Shown here: piece by piece, positions 62,927 to 64,000 of the stretch
Layout of the letters: each line of letters opens with the position of its first letter
Numbering within the stretch: position 1 is the first letter of the stretch
Source: Patescibacteria group bacterium
GTDB taxonomy: Bacteria > Patescibacteriota > Microgenomatia > UBA10105 > UBA927
DNA length: 64,000 nt
Direction: 5' to 3'
NCBI GenBank assembly: GCA_035510735.1
Contig: DATKGN010000013.1
Coordinates: forward strand, 192,596 to 256,595
The notes under the pieces: model-generated
What the model saw: the letters and a program-made list of their open reading frames with translations, nothing else
The model's database searches: none
Told to the model about the DNA's origin: nothing
Position numbers and translations under genes: made by a program

Positions 62927-64000
62927 TTATTTTGCTATTTCCGTAGCCCGTAGCTCGCGGATGACGGAAATTTTTATCTGTCCCGGATACGTCAACTTTT
63001 CCTCAACCTCTTTTTTGATTTCTGACGCCATAACGGTGGCCGACGCATCATCGACAGACCCAGGATCTACCATAACGCGCAGCTCCCGTCCCGCCTGAAA
63101 CGCGAATGACTCAACGACACCTTTATGCGCTTTTGCGATTCCCTCCAGGTCAGTAAGCCGTTTAATATAATCCTCATGATTTTCATACCGGGCACCTGGC
63201 CTACTTCCTGAGATTGCATCCGCTATATAAACAAGCGTCGATTCAACGGACGTAAACGGCGTATCCTCATGATGCTGAGCGACACAATCAATTACTCTCT
63301 GCGGCATACCGTATTTTTTAAGAAGCTCAACTCCAAGCTCGACGTGACTGCCTTCTTTGTCCATGATGACTTTACCAATATCATGCATAAGACACCCGAG
63401 ACGCACCGTATTTACGTCTGCCTTAATTTCCTGAGCAAGAGCGATACCGATCTTCGTCTCTTCAAGCGTATGGGCGATCATATTCTGACCGTAGGAAAAC
63501 CGATATTTAAACTTCCCGAGGTGTGCGACGAGCGGAGCCGGCAAATTGTACACTCCGACCGCATGACATAATTTTTGTCCCTCTTCAAACATGATCCGGT
63601 CAAGTTCTTTCCTGACCTGTTCCACAATTTCTTCGATTCTTCCGGGTTGTACTCTGCCATCACGAAGAAGCCTCTCAAGTGTTATACGTGCAACCTCTCG
63701 CCGCACAGGATCAAAACATGACAAACGGATAACGCCCTCTTCATCCAAATCGACGTCAACCCCGGTGGCCTGTTCAAACGTTCTTATGTTCCGGCCTTCC
63801 TTACCGATAATCCTGCCCTTCATATCTTCATCGGCAATCTTAATAACCGAAACCGTATATTCGGGGACATAGTCGGTCGCTCCATGCCGCATAGCGTCGA
63901 CAAGAATCTCTTTGGATTTAACGTCCGCCTCTTCCTCTGCTTTGATGTGTGCCTCTTTTATCTCCTTGGCGACATCTTCTTTAAGCTGTCCGCGGAGGGC
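62927..64000 (-). CDS. rny: ribonuclease Y (KH + HD domains; N-terminal part beyond window edge)
   Basis: KH motif MKGRIIGKEGRNIR, HD motif GCLMHDIGK, C-terminal GQIKISVIRELRATEIAK. The reading frame continues upstream of the track ORF through 64000 (...KSKEILVDAMRHGATDYV). Confidence 0.85.
   Translation of the reverse strand, partial: ALRGQLKEDVAKEIKEAHIKAEEEADVKSKEILVDAMRHGATDYVPEYTVSVIKIADEDMKGRIIGKEGRNIRTFEQATGVDVDLDEEGVIRLSCFDPVRREVARITLERLLRDGRVQPGRIEEIVEQVRKELDRIMFEEGQKLCHAVGVYNLPAPLVAHLGKFKYRFSYGQNMIAHTLEETKIGIALAQEIKADVNTVRLGCLMHDIGKVIMDKEGSHVELGVELLKKYGMPQRVIDCVAQHHEDTPFTSVESTLVYIADAISGSRPGARYENHEDYIKRLTDLEGIAKAHKGVVESFAFQAGRELRVMVDPGSVDDASATVMASEIKKEVEEKLTYPGQIKISVIRELRATEIAK

Overview
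This window reads as a bacterial chromosomal segment with short genes, many small secreted proteins carrying Thr-Pro repeat tails, an Obg without a C-terminal domain and an unusually long RNase P RNA. By inference that points to a Patescibacteria/CPR-like lineage.

The right half (about 34-64 kb) is housekeeping: obg, greA, a MutY-like glycosylase, an ECF sigma factor, era, gltX, an AspRS fused to a YbaK-like editing domain, recJ, cca, secDF, comM, RNase P RNA, miaAB, hup and rny (partial).

The left half is accessory. It holds a two-component system plus MacAB-type efflux operon with a recurring direct-repeat operator, small detoxification genes (GNAT, methyltransferases, ung, HxlR with a quinone reductase and an FMN reductase), a Dda/RecD-like helicase, and a nucleotidyltransferase-fold protein. 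It also holds a heterodimeric ABC exporter with a divergent MarR/HlyD/HlyD/flippase-like operon.

The most striking structure is between the AEC-transporter/methyltransferase pair and the ABC exporter (about 18.6-25.3 kb). There the minus strand carries six progressively decayed copies of the last ~15-20 codons of the ABC exporter gene. Each copy sits at the boundary of a small AT-richer gene cassette. Cassette cargo includes a TIR-like protein next to a glycosyltransferase-like protein, an atypical radical-SAM protein, several unknowns, and a secreted protein. No recombinase is present in the window. The same architecture (a gene, a small cassette, then a decayed copy of that gene's 3' end) recurs at 7.35-7.9 kb. 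A separate 35-bp direct repeat flanks a single gene at 13.7-14.3 kb. A third repeat family, an inverted-repeat element with compensatory arm changes, occurs at 8.7 kb and 25.2 kb.

Opposite-strand ORFs in the supplied track that overlap these genes were treated as spurious. No CRISPR array was seen, and no tRNA genes were found by eye.
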